64,000 nucleotides of DNA, from positions 7,150 through 71,149 of the forward strand of contig JACPKL010000005.1 in NCBI GenBank assembly GCA_016187035.1, read 5' to 3'. Of the stretch, positions 8,474 through 18,779 are shown in pieces; within the stretch, counting starts at the first letter, position 1, and each line of letters begins with the position of its first letter. The notes under the pieces were generated by a model. That model searched no databases. It was not told where the DNA came from and saw only the letters and a list, made by a program, of their open reading frames with translations. Position numbers and translations under genes: made by a program. The stretch comes from Candidatus Daviesbacteria bacterium (GTDB lineage: Bacteria; Patescibacteriota; Microgenomatia; Daviesbacterales; UBA10151).

Positions 8474-10891
8474 ATGGCAGACTTTATAAAACCTGGTTTA
8501 ACATCACCATTAACTTTAAAACCTGTTATACCAGTTGGGCCTTTAAGAGATACAGTGATCTTTCCTGGTAACTCTGTTCCAATAATTTCCGGAAGACCCA
8601 AATCTAAAGCAGCTTTAGATGTGGCCTGGAATTCTGATAAGTTAATTGTTTTTGTTACACAAAAAAACAGCAAAATTGAAGATCCTACAGAGAAAGATTT
8701 ATATAAAGTTGGCACTGTTTGTTTAATCCGACGGGTAGTAAAAAACCCAGAAGGTGAATATACTCTACAAGCTGAAGGTTTAAGCAGGGTATATTTAAAA
8801 AAATTCACTAAAACAGACACTTATTTAGAAGCAGAAATTGAAGAAATTCCAGAGCTTTATGAGAGGTCAGATCAAACTGAGGCTTTAATTAGAACAGTTA
8901 GGGAACAAGTCAGACGCTTCTTAGAACTTGGGGGAAATCCGTTTTTTGATCAAAGCAATTTTGCTAACTGGTCATTGTTTACATATAGTGATGATCCAAA
9001 TCAGCTTGTTAATTCCATTGCTCAGTCAATAGATTTTAAAACTATAGATAAGCAGCAAATCCTTGAGATGGTTTCAGCAGTGGACAGACTACACAGATTA
9101 TCAGAGCTTTTGGCTAAAGAAATTAGAATTATGGAAATTTCCCAAAAAATCTCATCTCAAACTCAAGAACGGGTTTCTAAGATTACTAAAGAAGCTATCC
9201 TAAAAGAGCAAATGAAAAGCATAGAAGAAGAGTTAAGCGGAGGGGATAGCGAACATCAAGAGATTCGTGAATTTGAAATGAGAATTAAAAGAGTAGGAAT
9301 GCCTAAGGAGGTACTTGAGAAAGCTAAGAAGGAGCTAGCAAGACTTGCCAAAATGTCTTCTTATAATCCTGAAGCTGGTTATATCAGAAATTATTTGGAG
9401 TGGTTAACAGATTTGCCTTGGAGGCTGCAAAAAGATAATAAGGTAAATTTGAAAAAAGCAGAACAGATTTTAGATGAGGACCATTATGGTTTAAAAAAAG
9501 TTAAAGAACGAATTATAGAATATTTGGCTGTGCATAAATTATCAGGGAAAATGAGAGGTCCTATTCTTTGTTTTGTCGGACCACCTGGAGTTGGGAAAAC
9601 CTCAATTGGAAAGTCTATTGCCAGGGCCTTAGGCAGAAAATTTATTAAAGTTTCTTTAGGAGGAATCAGAGATGAAGCTGAAATTAGAGGGCATCGAAGA
9701 ACATACGTAGGATCAATGCCAGGGAGAATCATCCAAGGGATTAAACAAGCAGGCAGCAAGAACCCGGTTTTTATGCTGGATGAGATTGATAAAATTGGGA
9801 CAGATTACCGCGGTGATCCTTCTGCAGCTTTGCTTGAAGCTCTAGACCCTGAACAAAATGAAGGTTTTTCTGATCATTATTTAGAAGTATCATATGATTT
9901 ATCCAATGTTATGTTTATCACCACAGCTAATATCTTAGATACTGTTCCCCCTGCTTTAAGAGATAGACTGGAGGTTATCCGCTATCCAGGTTATACTGAA
10001 GATGAAAAGTTCCATATTGCTAAAAAGTTTTTACTTCCTAAACAGATAAATAATCATGGATTAAAACCTACCCAGATTGAGTTTGAAGATGAGGCAATCA
10101 GATCAATTATTAGAGGTTATACCAGAGAAGCAGGGGTACGTAATTTAGAAAGAGAATTATCTGCTGTAATTAGAAAAGTAGCCAGAAAAGTAGCAGAAGG
10201 GGAAAGTAATCAAAAATTTATTATCAAGCCACAAGATTTACATGGGTTCCTAGGGCCAATTAAGTTTCTGCCTCTTTTAGCTGAGAAGCAGGATGAAGTA
10301 GGCATGGTGACTGGTTTGTCTGTAACTGAGGCAGGCGGTGAAATCCTGTTCATTGAGGTAACTTTGATGCCTGGTAAAGGGGGTTTGCTTTTGACCGGGC
10401 AACTGGGTGATGTGATGAAAGAATCAGGCCAGGCTGCTATGTCATATGTCAGATCCCATTGGTTACAGTTGGGTTTGCCTGAACGGTTTTTCCAAAAGAT
10501 GGATGTGCATATCCATGTTCCAGAAGGGGCTATTCCCAAAGATGGGCCATCAGCAGGTATTGCTCTAACAACAGCTATAGTGTCTGCATTCACTAAAATT
10601 GCTGTTCACAAAGATGTAGCTATGACTGGTGAGGTAACTTTAAGAGGTAGGGTTTTAGAGATTGGAGGATTTAAGGAAAAGGTGTTAGCAGCACACAGGG
10701 CAGGAGTAAAGGTGGTAATTGCACCTGCTGATAATGAGAAAGATATGGAAGATATTCCTGACTATGTCCAAAAAGATTTACAGTTTATCTTTGTTAGTCA
10801 CATGAATGAGGTGTTAAATGTAGCTTTAGTCAAACCCCCTAAGTCATCTCAGCAAAAGAGTGTGCCGGTTTCTCCGGTCTATATCGCCTGA
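8474..10891 (+). CDS. lon: ATP-dependent Lon protease
   Basis: LON N-domain, Walker [10 protein letters not shown], catalytic serine [10 protein letters not shown]. 805 aa. Confidence 0.95.
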   Translation: MADFIKPGLTSPLTLKPVIPVGPLRDTVIFPGNSVPIISGRPKSKAALDVAWNSDKLIVFVTQKNSKIEDPTEKDLYKVGTVCLIRRVVKNPEGEYTLQAEGLSRVYLKKFTKTDTYLEAEIEEIPELYERSDQTEALIRTVREQVRRFLELGGNPFFDQSNFANWSLFTYSDDPNQLVNSIAQSIDFKTIDKQQILEMVSAVDRLHRLSELLAKEIRIMEISQKISSQTQERVSKITKEAILKEQMKSIEEELSGGDSEHQEIREFEMRIKRVGMPKEVLEKAKKELARLAKMSSYNPEAGYIRNYLEWLTDLPWRLQKDNKVNLKKAEQILDEDHYGLKKVKERIIEYLAVHKLSGKMRGPILCFVGPPGVGKTSIGKSIARALGRKFIKVSLGGIRDEAEIRGHRRTYVGSMPGRIIQGIKQAGSKNPVFMLDEIDKIGTDYRGDPSAALLEALDPEQNEGFSDHYLEVSYDLSNVMFITTANILDTVPPALRDRLEVIRYPGYTEDEKFHIAKKFLLPKQINNHGLKPTQIEFEDEAIRSIIRGYTREAGVRNLERELSAVIRKVARKVAEGESNQKFIIKPQDLHGFLGPIKFLPLLAEKQDEVGMVTGLSVTEAGGEILFIEVTLMPGKGGLLLTGQLGDVMKESGQAAMSYVRSHWLQLGLPERFFQKMDVHIHVPEGAIPKDGPSAGIALTTAIVSAFTKIAVHKDVAMTGEVTLRGRVLEIGGFKEKVLAAHRAGVKVVIAPADNEKDMEDIPDYVQKDLQFIFVSHMNEVLNVALVKPPKSSQQKSVPVSPVYIA

Positions 10892-10964
10892 TTAAAAATT
10901 CTACTTCCTCTTGACTTATGACGACTTTCTGTTGTAAATTCTAAGGTGCTGCCTTGCTATTTCC

Positions 10965-12971
10965 ATGAATTTAATTATTAATAATCTTAACTATTTAATT
11001 TGGGTTTCTGTGGCTGTTGCAGTGTTATATTCACTTTGGTTAATTATTGATGTGTTAAAAAAGGAGAGTGGTGATGAGAAAATGCTAGAAATAGCTTCTG
11101 CGATTCAAGTTGGTGCAGCAGCCTACTTACAAAGACAATATAAAGTAGTTACTATTGTGGCAATTATCTTGGGGGCCTTAATTTATTACACCTTGGGTAA
11201 AAATACTGCCATTGGTTTTTTAGTAGGTTCCTGTTTATCAGCATTAGCAGGATTTATTGGGATGAGTGTGGCAGTTAGAGCTAATGTGCGTGTTTCAGAA
11301 ATGGCTAAAAAAGGTTTATCTGATGCATTTGGACTGGCTTATAAAGGCGGAGCTGTGACTGGGTTTTTAGTAGTAGGACTTGCTTTAGGAGCAGTTTTTG
11401 GGTTTTACCAATTTACAAATGGAGATTTAAAAGCATTAATAGGTTTAGGATTTGGCGGTTCGCTAATTTCCGTATTTGCTCGTTTAGGCGGGGGGATCTT
11501 TACTAAAGGTGCAGATGTGGGAGCAGATTTAGTAGGAAAAGTGGAAGCTGGTATACCGGAAGATGATCCGAGGAATCCAGCAGTGATTGCAGATAATGTT
11601 GGTGATAATGTTGGTGATGATGCTGGAATGGCTGCAGATATTTTTGAAACTTATGTAGTCACAGCTATCGCTGCAATGATTTTGGGTCAACTGCTTTTTC
11701 CAGGTTTTGGACCAGCTACAGTATTCCCATTAAGTTTGCTATCAATGGGCATTTTTGCATCAGTTTTAGGATCATTATTTGTCAAATTAACTGGTAAAAA
11801 TATCATGGGAGCTTTATATAAGGGTATGATTATTACAGCTATTGTTTGTGGTGCGCTTTTTTACCCTATGACACTAATCTTTATGGGAAATAATGGTTTC
11901 TATCCTACAATAAACTTATTTTTGGCAGAAACTTTAGGGATATTAGTAACAGCTGGAATGGTTATGATAACTGAATATTATACAGGTACAAAGTATCTGC
12001 CAGTTCAGCAGCTAGCTTTTTCATCTAAAACAGGTCATGGCACTAATATTATTGCTGGGCTGGCACTGTCCATGAGATCCACATTTTGGCCAATAATTTT
12101 AATCTCGGCAGCCTTAATGATGAGTTTTCTTTTTGCAGGACTTTATGGAACTGCTTTAGCAGGAGTAACTATGTTGTCTTTGGCAGGAATTATTGTGGCA
12201 ATTGATGCTTTTGGCCCAATTACAGATAATGCTGGAGGAATTGCGGAGATGGCGGGTTTACCTCAAAAGGTTAGAAACGTGACTGATCCTTTAGATGCAG
12301 TAGGAAACACAACTAAAGCAATCACTAAAGGTTATGCTATTGGATCAGCTGCTTTAGCTGCTATGGTCCTATTCACAGCTTATGCTCAGGAGTTTTCGCT
12401 GACAGGAGACAATTTAAATTTCTCCTTATCTGATCCTAAAGTTTTGGTAGGTCTTTTTATCGGGGGGGCGCTACCTTACCTTTTTGGCTCTTTTGCTATG
12501 GAAGCGGTTGGGCGGGCAGGAGGAGCAGTGGTGGAAGAGGTTAGGCGTCAGTTTAAAACCATTAAAGGTATTATGGAAGGCAAACAAAAACCAGATTATG
12601 CTAAATGTGTAGAAATTGTCACAGCTTCTGCACAAAAGGAGATGTTAACACCTGCCTTGATTCCCCTTTTAGCTCCAGTGATTGTGGGATTTGTGTTAGG
12701 TCCTGTGGCTTTAGGGGGGCTTTTAGTAGGGTCAATTGTGACTGGAATTTTTGTGGCTGTATCTATGACTACAGGGGGAGCTGCTTGGGATAATGCTAAA
12801 AAATATATAGAGTCAGGGAAATTTGGTGGAAAGGGATCTGAAGCCCATAAAGCAGCAGTCACAGGTGATACTGTGGGTGATCCATATAAAGATACGGTAG
12901 GACCGGCAATAAATCCGATGATTAAAGTTGTTAATATAGTTGCTCTACTCCTTGTGCCATTTCTCCGTTAA
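10965..12971 (+). CDS. hppA: Membrane-bound proton-translocating pyrophosphatase
   Basis: 668 aa polytopic protein with GGG(I/L)[23 protein letters not shown] and [10 protein letters not shown] motifs. Confidence 0.95.
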   Translation: MNLIINNLNYLIWVSVAVAVLYSLWLIIDVLKKESGDEKMLEIASAIQVGAAAYLQRQYKVVTIVAIILGALIYYTLGKNTAIGFLVGSCLSALAGFIGMSVAVRANVRVSEMAKKGLSDAFGLAYKGGAVTGFLVVGLALGAVFGFYQFTNGDLKALIGLGFGGSLISVFARLGGGIFTKGADVGADLVGKVEAGIPEDDPRNPAVIADNVGDNVGDDAGMAADIFETYVVTAIAAMILGQLLFPGFGPATVFPLSLLSMGIFASVLGSLFVKLTGKNIMGALYKGMIITAIVCGALFYPMTLIFMGNNGFYPTINLFLAETLGILVTAGMVMITEYYTGTKYLPVQQLAFSSKTGHGTNIIAGLALSMRSTFWPIILISAALMMSFLFAGLYGTALAGVTMLSLAGIIVAIDAFGPITDNAGGIAEMAGLPQKVRNVTDPLDAVGNTTKAITKGYAIGSAALAAMVLFTAYAQEFSLTGDNLNFSLSDPKVLVGLFIGGALPYLFGSFAMEAVGRAGGAVVEEVRRQFKTIKGIMEGKQKPDYAKCVEIVTASAQKEMLTPALIPLLAPVIVGFVLGPVALGGLLVGSIVTGIFVAVSMTTGGAAWDNAKKYIESGKFGGKGSEAHKAAVTGDTVGDPYKDTVGPAINPMIKVVNIVALLLVPFLR

Positions 12972-13015
12972 CATATCCTTGCGATAACTTCATTATGTAA
13001 ATAATGCTGTTTTTG

Positions 13016-13444
13016 TTAACTTTGAGGTGTGGGGTTTGATGGAGTAGAAGCGTTGGGGTGTTGGGTGCCAAAAAGGGCATTCTTGACTTCGTTAACTACC
13101 TGGTCAGGGGTGTAGGAAGCTTTAATTAAATATGCTTGTGCTCCAAGTTCAAATCCTTCTTTAATAACTGCTTCTTGACCTAAGTTAGTCAGTAAAATAG
13201 TGATCATAGGAGAATTAGGGTTTTGGGTTTTAAACTCTCTCAGAAGCTGTAAGCCATTTATTCCTGGCAACATGATATCCAGCAGTAGCAAGTCAAAGGT
13301 TTCCCCTTTTAACATGTTTAACCCGGATTGACCATCAACAGCGCTTTTAACAGGAAATCCTTCTTTGGTGAGTTGTCTGACATATAACTCCCTAATAAAG
13401 TCTTCGTCCTCAACCAGTAAAATTTTTTTCTGACTTGGATCCAT
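13016..13444 (-). CDS. Stand-alone response-regulator receiver domain (no DNA-binding output)
   Basis: ILLVEDEDFIRE...LLLLDIMLPGINGL receiver fold. Short Pro-rich tail with no HTH. Confidence 0.85.
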   Translation of the reverse strand: MDPSQKKILLVEDEDFIRELYVRQLTKEGFPVKSAVDGQSGLNMLKGETFDLLLLDIMLPGINGLQLLREFKTQNPNSPMITILLTNLGQEAVIKEGFELGAQAYLIKASYTPDQVVNEVKNALFGTQHPNASTPSNPTPQS

Positions 13445-13487
13445 TACTTATAGTATAACCAAAAGGTGTAAATCCTTCAACCCCTCC

Positions 13488-14933
13488 TTAAGAGTAATTT
13501 AAAGCTCCTGCTTGAATTACTTCATTTGAAAATATATTAGCGTTTATAACCCCTGAACTAATTGTGACAATAGGTAAAGTAAAGGAGAATTGGCTCCCTT
13601 TACCTGGTTCTGACTCTACCCAAACTTTTCCATGGTGTTTTTCAACAATAGATTTGGAAATATACAACCCCAGCCCAGTGCCTTTGTTGGCTTGTTGAGT
13701 TTGATTAGATACTCTGAAGAATTTATTAAATAGATGTGGTATAGCTTCTTTGGGAATACCTATTCCAGTATCAGAAACAGTAGTGGTAATTTCATTAGGG
13801 GACAGATTCAGGGATATTTCAACTTTTCCTCCTGGGTTTGTGTAATTGATGGCATTAGCCAAAAGATTGGTTAGCACTTCCCCAATCCTGACTGGATCAG
13901 CCAGAACTTTTGGTACAGGCTGCTGGGGTAAAGTTAAACTTAATAAGATATTTTTTTGATTAGCTTGAGGTTTTAAATCATCTATGGCTTTGGATAATAC
14001 CTTAACATAATCTGTTTGTTCAATAGTAACTGACATTTTTTCATCTTCAATTTTATTAACATTTAAGATGTTTTGAATTAAGGTTAATAGCTGTTGAGCA
14101 GAAATGAGAGATCTTTTGATAAGCTCCAATTCTTCTTTTGGTACTTTATTTTGGTTTTCCTGAGTAAAAACAGATAAATAACCAATAATTGAGGTTAAAG
14201 GAGTTTTTAATTCATGGGAAGCCATGGAAATGAAATCTAACTTCATTCTTTCCAGTTCCTCTTCTTTAGATAAATCATGCAAAATCAAGATGCAGTATAA
14301 ATTGGAATGAAGAGATTGACCTGCTTGGACAGTGACTAGATTGATTTTTGTTTGTTTGCCATTTTTGCCAACTAACTTAGCTGAATTGTTGAAATTTATT
14401 TGGCAATACGTTTTTGAATATATTTCTTCTTTATCATCAAATAAATGAATTAATTGATCAATTGGCTTGCCCAGAATTTCAGATTGGGTATATCCAGTGA
14501 TTTCAGAGGCTGTTTTATTGGAAAGGAGGATATTTTTATTAAAATCTATAACAACTATCCCATCTATAATTGATGATAGCACTTCTTCCATTTTGCTTTT
14601 TTCACTGGTAGCTATATCTTTATCTTTTTCTAATGTTTGGAATGTCTGAGAAATTTTATCAGCCATTAGATTAAAAGATTTGCCTACACTTTCAAATTCA
14701 TCACCAGACCTGATATCTACCCTCTGGTTAAAATTACCATTTCCCAAATTTTCAGAGGCTTTTATTAAATTCTTAAGGGGTTTTAAAAAGAGAAATATTA
14801 AAAGTGTTGTTATAACTACAATAAATAGTCCAAGGAGGATTGAAAGAAATGTGTCGTTAATAAAAATAGAAGCAAAAAGAGGTATAAATATCCCTAAAAA
14901 GGTTAAAAGGATTAGCTTGGGCAATAGTCTCAT
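13488..14933 (-). CDS. Sensor histidine kinase (TM-HAMP-PAS-HisKA-HATPase)
   Basis: Two N-terminal TM helices, a HAMP-like segment, PAS-like region, H-box SHELKTPLTSI, N box NLLANAINYT, and G boxes DTGIGI and GTGLGL. Confidence 0.9.
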   Translation of the reverse strand: MRLLPKLILLTFLGIFIPLFASIFINDTFLSILLGLFIVVITTLLIFLFLKPLKNLIKASENLGNGNFNQRVDIRSGDEFESVGKSFNLMADKISQTFQTLEKDKDIATSEKSKMEEVLSSIIDGIVVIDFNKNILLSNKTASEITGYTQSEILGKPIDQLIHLFDDKEEIYSKTYCQINFNNSAKLVGKNGKQTKINLVTVQAGQSLHSNLYCILILHDLSKEEELERMKLDFISMASHELKTPLTSIIGYLSVFTQENQNKVPKEELELIKRSLISAQQLLTLIQNILNVNKIEDEKMSVTIEQTDYVKVLSKAIDDLKPQANQKNILLSLTLPQQPVPKVLADPVRIGEVLTNLLANAINYTNPGGKVEISLNLSPNEITTTVSDTGIGIPKEAIPHLFNKFFRVSNQTQQANKGTGLGLYISKSIVEKHHGKVWVESEPGKGSQFSFTLPIVTISSGVINANIFSNEVIQAGALNYS

Positions 14934-15044
14934 GCATATTTAAGAGTAACAAAGCCAGGTTTTCTAATCAACCCCTAGATTAGTTGTTTTAATATCTTGT
15001 GGTTTACCACAATTAGCTTGTTACAACAACCTAATCACCACAAC

Positions 15045-15073
15045 GGTACCAGTGTGGTGTCCACTGTGGTACC
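15045..15073. other. G+C-rich imperfect hairpin at the left edge of the accessory island
   Basis: GGTACCAGTGTGG-TGT-CCACTGTGGTACC: 7 bp, a 2x2 internal mismatch, then 4 bp, with a 3-nt loop. Confidence 0.4.
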
Positions 15074-15146
15074 CCGCAAACCCATACCCCCTTGTCGGCG
15101 AGGTTTCTATCTGCCTTTTATGTACGTTAAGTTTATTCTGATCCCT

Positions 15147-15182
15147 AATACCCCAAATCCCCCCAATCTCCCTAATCCTTCC
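15147..15182. repeat. C-rich direct repeat, copy A
   Basis: AATACCCCAAATCCCCCCAATCTCCCTAATCCTTCC. Reads NTPNPPNLPNPS in frame 0. Partner copy at 16779-16829. Confidence 0.75.
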
Positions 15183-15262
15183 CATGACTCTTCTTATTTC
15201 TGAAGTAGCCCAGCATAAATTAAGGGATTCCCATGGCAGATTTTCCTCAGATCATCTATCCT

Positions 15263-15397
15263 CTAATCCCTCCACAACCCATTAACGGTTTGCGCTTGAG
15301 ACAAAACCTCCATATTTTCTGCTGTAAGAAGTCCCAAAGATTCCAATAACTCTCTTGAATCGGCACTTATTCTTTCTCTTTCTTGTGGCACTGCCAT
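15263..15397 (-). CDS. Small ORF (44 aa) immediately downstream of the Fic-like gene; function unknown
   Basis: MAVPQERERISADSRELLESLGLLTAENMEVLSQAQTVNGLWRD. Below the ORF-track cutoff and found by manual translation. No recognisable motif. Confidence 0.25.
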   Translation of the reverse strand: MAVPQERERISADSRELLESLGLLTAENMEVLSQAQTVNGLWRD

Positions 15398-15437
15398 AAT
15401 TTAGAATTATATTCCGGAAGAGTATGAAAGTCAAAAG

Positions 15438-16487
15438 CTATAGGCTTGGCACATGTCCTCTAAACCAATCCTCAAGGATTTCTCTATCTCCTGCAAAAGC
15501 GTACTTATCCCATGCCTTAACAAGCTCCATTTCAGCATCAATGTCTTTTTTTATCTGCAACCAGTCAATCATAGGCAAGCCTCTTTTATGAAGATAATTA
15601 TCCACAAGGGTTCTAGTCATTGTGCCGTTATAATCCGGATGGGGATGGATGCCAATATATGTTCCGTATATCCATGCAAGTGAGATTGGGTCATATGGAT
15701 CAGGTTCTTGCAACAACTCATTATATTGAGGAAGAAAGTGATTTTCTATAACTCTTCTTCTCATAGTTGCAGAACTATGCGTGACGAGGTAGCGTAATCT
15801 CGGATTTCTGCAAAAACTATTTAACAGCGTATCACCCTCTGTATCTAGCGCTCTGAAAACCGGTACAGTAGTTGCATTTGGACGGATCGCTCTGACTGTT
15901 TGCTGATACACATATTCAATATCATCAATATCTACTTTTGGCTGTAATTCTTGCAAATACCCAAGATTACCTACTCTGGCTTCTTCTTTTGCCTCTGCCT
16001 CCAACTGTTTTCCATTTACCCAAACCACACTTGCCATAGCTGTTAACCAATCTGCTCCATCTCCAAAGTCCTCGCTAAAATCAAATCTGGCTCCGAATTC
16101 TACAGGGTCAAGTTTGATTCCTAAAGGATACATTTCATCCCGCTTGCCCAAAAGTAATCTGGTTTCGCTGTGAACAAGTTTTGCAAATCCAATAACTTCC
16201 AATTGTGATTGCGATAATTCAGGCTGTTTTGATAATGACAACGCATGGTCAGTCAGATCAGGTTCAATAGTAGTCCAGTTATGAGAGCGTGTATAGTCAA
16301 AAATAGCGCGATAACGTCTCCTTGATAATTCTCCCCTTAAATCATGATGCATTTCTACAACTGAATTTCTTAAGTGAGGCGCGGTATCTAAATTATTAGC
16401 AACAGCATTTGCCCATTGAAGAACAGGATGTGCTAAAGATGTTGCCTGATGGCTAGATAGTCCTAGTTCATTATCTGGTATAAGCAT
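15438..16487 (-). CDS. Divergent Fic/DOC-fold protein
   Basis: C-terminal IHPHPDYNGTMTRTLVDNYLHKRGLPMI aligns to the Fic core HPFxDGNGRxxRLLxNxxLxxxGxPPI. His, Asp, Asn-Gly and the final Arg are kept; three positions are substituted. Sampled lines give 43-48% G+C. Confidence 0.6.
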   Translation of the reverse strand: MLIPDNELGLSSHQATSLAHPVLQWANAVANNLDTAPHLRNSVVEMHHDLRGELSRRRYRAIFDYTRSHNWTTIEPDLTDHALSLSKQPELSQSQLEVIGFAKLVHSETRLLLGKRDEMYPLGIKLDPVEFGARFDFSEDFGDGADWLTAMASVVWVNGKQLEAEAKEEARVGNLGYLQELQPKVDIDDIEYVYQQTVRAIRPNATTVPVFRALDTEGDTLLNSFCRNPRLRYLVTHSSATMRRRVIENHFLPQYNELLQEPDPYDPISLAWIYGTYIGIHPHPDYNGTMTRTLVDNYLHKRGLPMIDWLQIKKDIDAEMELVKAWDKYAFAGDREILEDWFRGHVPSL

Positions 16488-16718
16488 GTGCGGTATTATA
16501 CTCGATTATCCTATAGGAGTCAAAATATAGTTGATTTATGCCTCAAAGAATTTTTTTACAGGAATTTTGATCTTTACATTAGAATCTACTTTTGTATCAT
16601 CTTTTCTATAATTAAGACAAAATTTCCAAATGTATGAGAGCAAAATAATCAAAGCAGGTATAATCAGAGATAGACCAAATATTTCATCTAAACTGCAACT
16701 TATGGTAACTTTAAATAT

Positions 16719-16964
16719 ATGAGCAAACTAATTACTATTTCAGAGAATTTACTTCAAGATATCTTACCTCATGTTAAAAATACTCCGAACCCTTATCCCC
16801 CAAATTCCCCTAATCTCCCTAATCCCTCTTCTATTGAACTAGCAAGGTTAGGTATGGCCCAAGTTGTAGTTTACCAACACAAAAGACCATTTATCTATCA
16901 AGACCAATTACTCAAACTTCAGGAAGAAGCCAAAAAGAAAAAACTCGGCATGTGGAGCTCGTAA
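16719..16964 (+). pseudogene. Thermonuclease (SNase) C-terminal remnant fused to the PNP-rich repeat
   Basis: ELARLGMAQVVVYQHKRPFIYQDQLLKLQEEAKKKKLGMWS matches the SNase C-terminus (pattern LVRQGLAKV...AQAKKEKLNIWS). The N-terminal catalytic part is absent. Confidence 0.55.
16779..16829. repeat. C-rich direct repeat, copy B
   Basis: AATACTCCGAACCCTTATCCCCCAAATTCCCCTAATCTCCCTAATCCCTCT (NTPNPYPPNSPNLPNPS). The core AATCTCCCTAATCC lies exactly 1647 nt (549 codons) from its copy at 15165. Confidence 0.75.
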
Positions 16965-17035
16965 TCCCTACTTCTGGTATTTTCTTACATTCAGAGTTAG
17001 AATTAAGCAAGAAAGTTACCTTATATATCTAAAAG

Positions 17036-17503
17036 ATGAGCGAAATTATCTATGTTCTGACAAATGAAGCCATGCCTGGCTATGTAAAAGTTGGCAGAAC
17101 TTCAACTAATCTTGAACAAAGAATTCGGGAACTTAATGCTTCAACCAGTGTTCCGTTACCATTCACTGCCTTTTATGCTTGTACAGTTGAAAATGCCCAA
17201 TTCGTCGAACATCAACTTCATGACGCTTTTGATGATAACAGAGTTAACCCGAAACGAGAATTTTTCCGCGTTGCGCCTGAACGGGTTGTTGCGGCTTTAA
17301 AACTTGCAGAGATAGAAAACATAACACCTAAGAGCGATATTGTAGAAAACAAAGAGGATCAAGAAGCTCTTGATGCTGCAAGGAAAATACGGAGTAGATT
17401 TAGTTTTGAGATGGCCCAAATTCCCCTAGGTGCGGAAGTCTACTTCAGCCGAGATGAAAACAAAAAAGCAAAGGTTATAACCTTGCCTAATTTCATAATT
17501 TAG
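17036..17503 (+). CDS. T5orf172 / GIY-YIG-like domain protein, probably C-terminally truncated
   Basis: IIYVLTNEAMPGYVKVGRTSTNLEQRIRELN...FRV is the T5orf172 signature. It ends abruptly at 155 aa. Confidence 0.65.
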   Translation: MSEIIYVLTNEAMPGYVKVGRTSTNLEQRIRELNASTSVPLPFTAFYACTVENAQFVEHQLHDAFDDNRVNPKREFFRVAPERVVAALKLAEIENITPKSDIVENKEDQEALDAARKIRSRFSFEMAQIPLGAEVYFSRDENKKAKVITLPNFII

Positions 17504-17790
17504 GCAGTATCTATCTTATAACTACTGTAGGTTTAATTGTCAAGTAAATTGTTTTATTGTAACAATGTTTAATATATTTACTCTAAAGTAAGTTCATTAC
17601 TCAAAATCAATAAAACAGAAAGACAGAAAAGAAAAAGCGAAAATTTCCGGAGGAAGGATTAGTTTAAAGCGAACCGCACTGAATAAAATCAGAATATTGA
17701 CATTCGGCTATAGTCCTGAGTCTTGCCGAAGGGTGATTTATGGATTAAAGTAAGCATAGCTTGCCTTTTAAAATAAAACGTAGAATTTGT

Positions 17791-17925
17791 ATGAAAAAAA
17801 GCAGACAAATTATTAAACAAAACAGCTTCACCGAGTTTTTGCACGAGAAATCAGTTAGTTCCATTTTGGAACATACTGCCAAAGACGGCAAGAAATATAA
17901 AACCTTTTGCTTGAATTATGAATAA
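17791..17925 (+). pseudogene. RhuM-family gene fragment
   Basis: Manual translation gives ...SVSSILEHTAKDGKKYKTFCLNYE, resembling the RhuM middle segment (compare FRITALDGKSYETKHYNLD in the next ORF). Confidence 0.4.
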
Positions 17926-18726
17926 AAATACTCAAAAACCGCAAATTGTCATTTATCAGGTAATTGGCGATAAACAAAAAATTAGTGTCAGAATTGAAGA
18001 TGAAAATGTGTGGTTGACGCAAAAACTAATTGCGGAACTTTTTAATGTCAGCATTCCCACGGTTAATGAGCACCTGAAAAATATATTTGAAAGCGGTGAA
18101 TTAGATGAAAATTCAGTTATTAGGAATTTCCGAATAACTGCTTTAGATGGCAAGAGTTATGAAACGAAACACTATAATTTGGATACGATTTTGGCGGTGG
18201 GTTATCGCGTGAAGTCTGAACAGGGCACACAATTCCGTAAATGGGCTACAGAAAGACTACGGGAATATCTTATCAAAGGGTTTACAATGGATGACGAACG
18301 TCTTAAGCAAGGTGGCGGCAGGGCTCGTTACTTTCAGGAATTACTGCAGCGGATACGTGATATCCGAAGCAGTGAGCGGATGTTTTATCAGAAAGTAACC
18401 GATATTTACGCAACGAGCATTGATTATAAACAAGCGGGCAGATAGTAAAAAACCATTGATGGGTCTGATGAGTTTTAAAAGCGATTATATTACCATTGAC
18501 GATATAGTAGTGGCTAAAAATTATTTAAACGAGAATGAACTCAATCAATTAAATCTGATCGTTTTCTGAAAAAAAATTATTGCATTCGGCCGGCAGGATA
18601 AGCGCCAAGCAGGCAGAAAAGAAAGCATTGGCGGAATATGAAAAGTACCGCAAAGAACGGGATAAAAAATATATTTCAGATTTCGACCGCGAAGTGAAAA
18701 AACTTTTGAAGAGAGCAAGGAAATAA
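17918..18726 (+). pseudogene. RhuM-family virulence-associated protein, frameshifted with an internal deletion
   Basis: 17918-18445 encodes the N-terminal two thirds (VWLTQKLIAELF, YNLDTILAVGYRVKSEQGTQFRKWATERLREY). The rest is readable only in other frames (MGLMSFKSDYITIDDIVVAKNYLNENELNQLNLIV; AEYEKYRKERDKKYISDFDREVKKLLK). Confidence 0.7.
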
Positions 18727-18767
18727 ATGATTAAATTATCGAGGTCGAAATTAGAATTACTTTTTGA
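18721..18767. repeat. 47-bp inter-cassette direct repeat, copy 1
   Basis: AAATAAATGATTAAATTATCGAGGTCGAAATTAGAATTACTTTTTGA. 45/47 identical to 19609-19655. Confidence 0.85.
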
Positions 18768-18779
18768 ATACAATTAATT

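Noticed and set aside
15143-15178. CCCTAA-containing tract resembling telomeric repeats.
   Set aside because: Only two isolated CCCTAA hexamers with no regular array, in a bacterial context. Interpreted as part of the C-rich direct repeat.
14997-15203. Tracked 68-aa ORF (TTG start), considered as a real gene or as the N-terminal half of the SNase.
   Set aside because: There is no ATG and no convincing SNase motifs; VKFILIPNTPN only loosely resembles VRLIGIDTPE. Much of the ORF is the C-rich repeat. I keep only the repeat and the downstream SNase remnant.
15263-15397. 44-aa ORF considered as a Fic antitoxin.
   Set aside because: It lies downstream rather than upstream of the Fic-like gene, and I could not find the (S/T)xxxE(G/N) inhibitory motif. 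Kept only as a low-confidence ORF.
14934-15440. Searched by eye for a duplicated copy of the tRNA-Glu 3' segment (attL/attR-type direct repeat) at the far end of the island.
   Set aside because: No match to AGCGCGTACGGGAGTTGAACCC was seen, so tRNA-targeted integration remains unproven. A computed alignment would be needed to be certain.
17504-17790. A 290-bp ORF-free stretch in the island, inspected for tRNA, retron-like or other structured RNA.
   Set aside because: Only short weak stems (6 bp or fewer) were seen and nothing recognisable. It cannot be excluded without a covariance-model scan.
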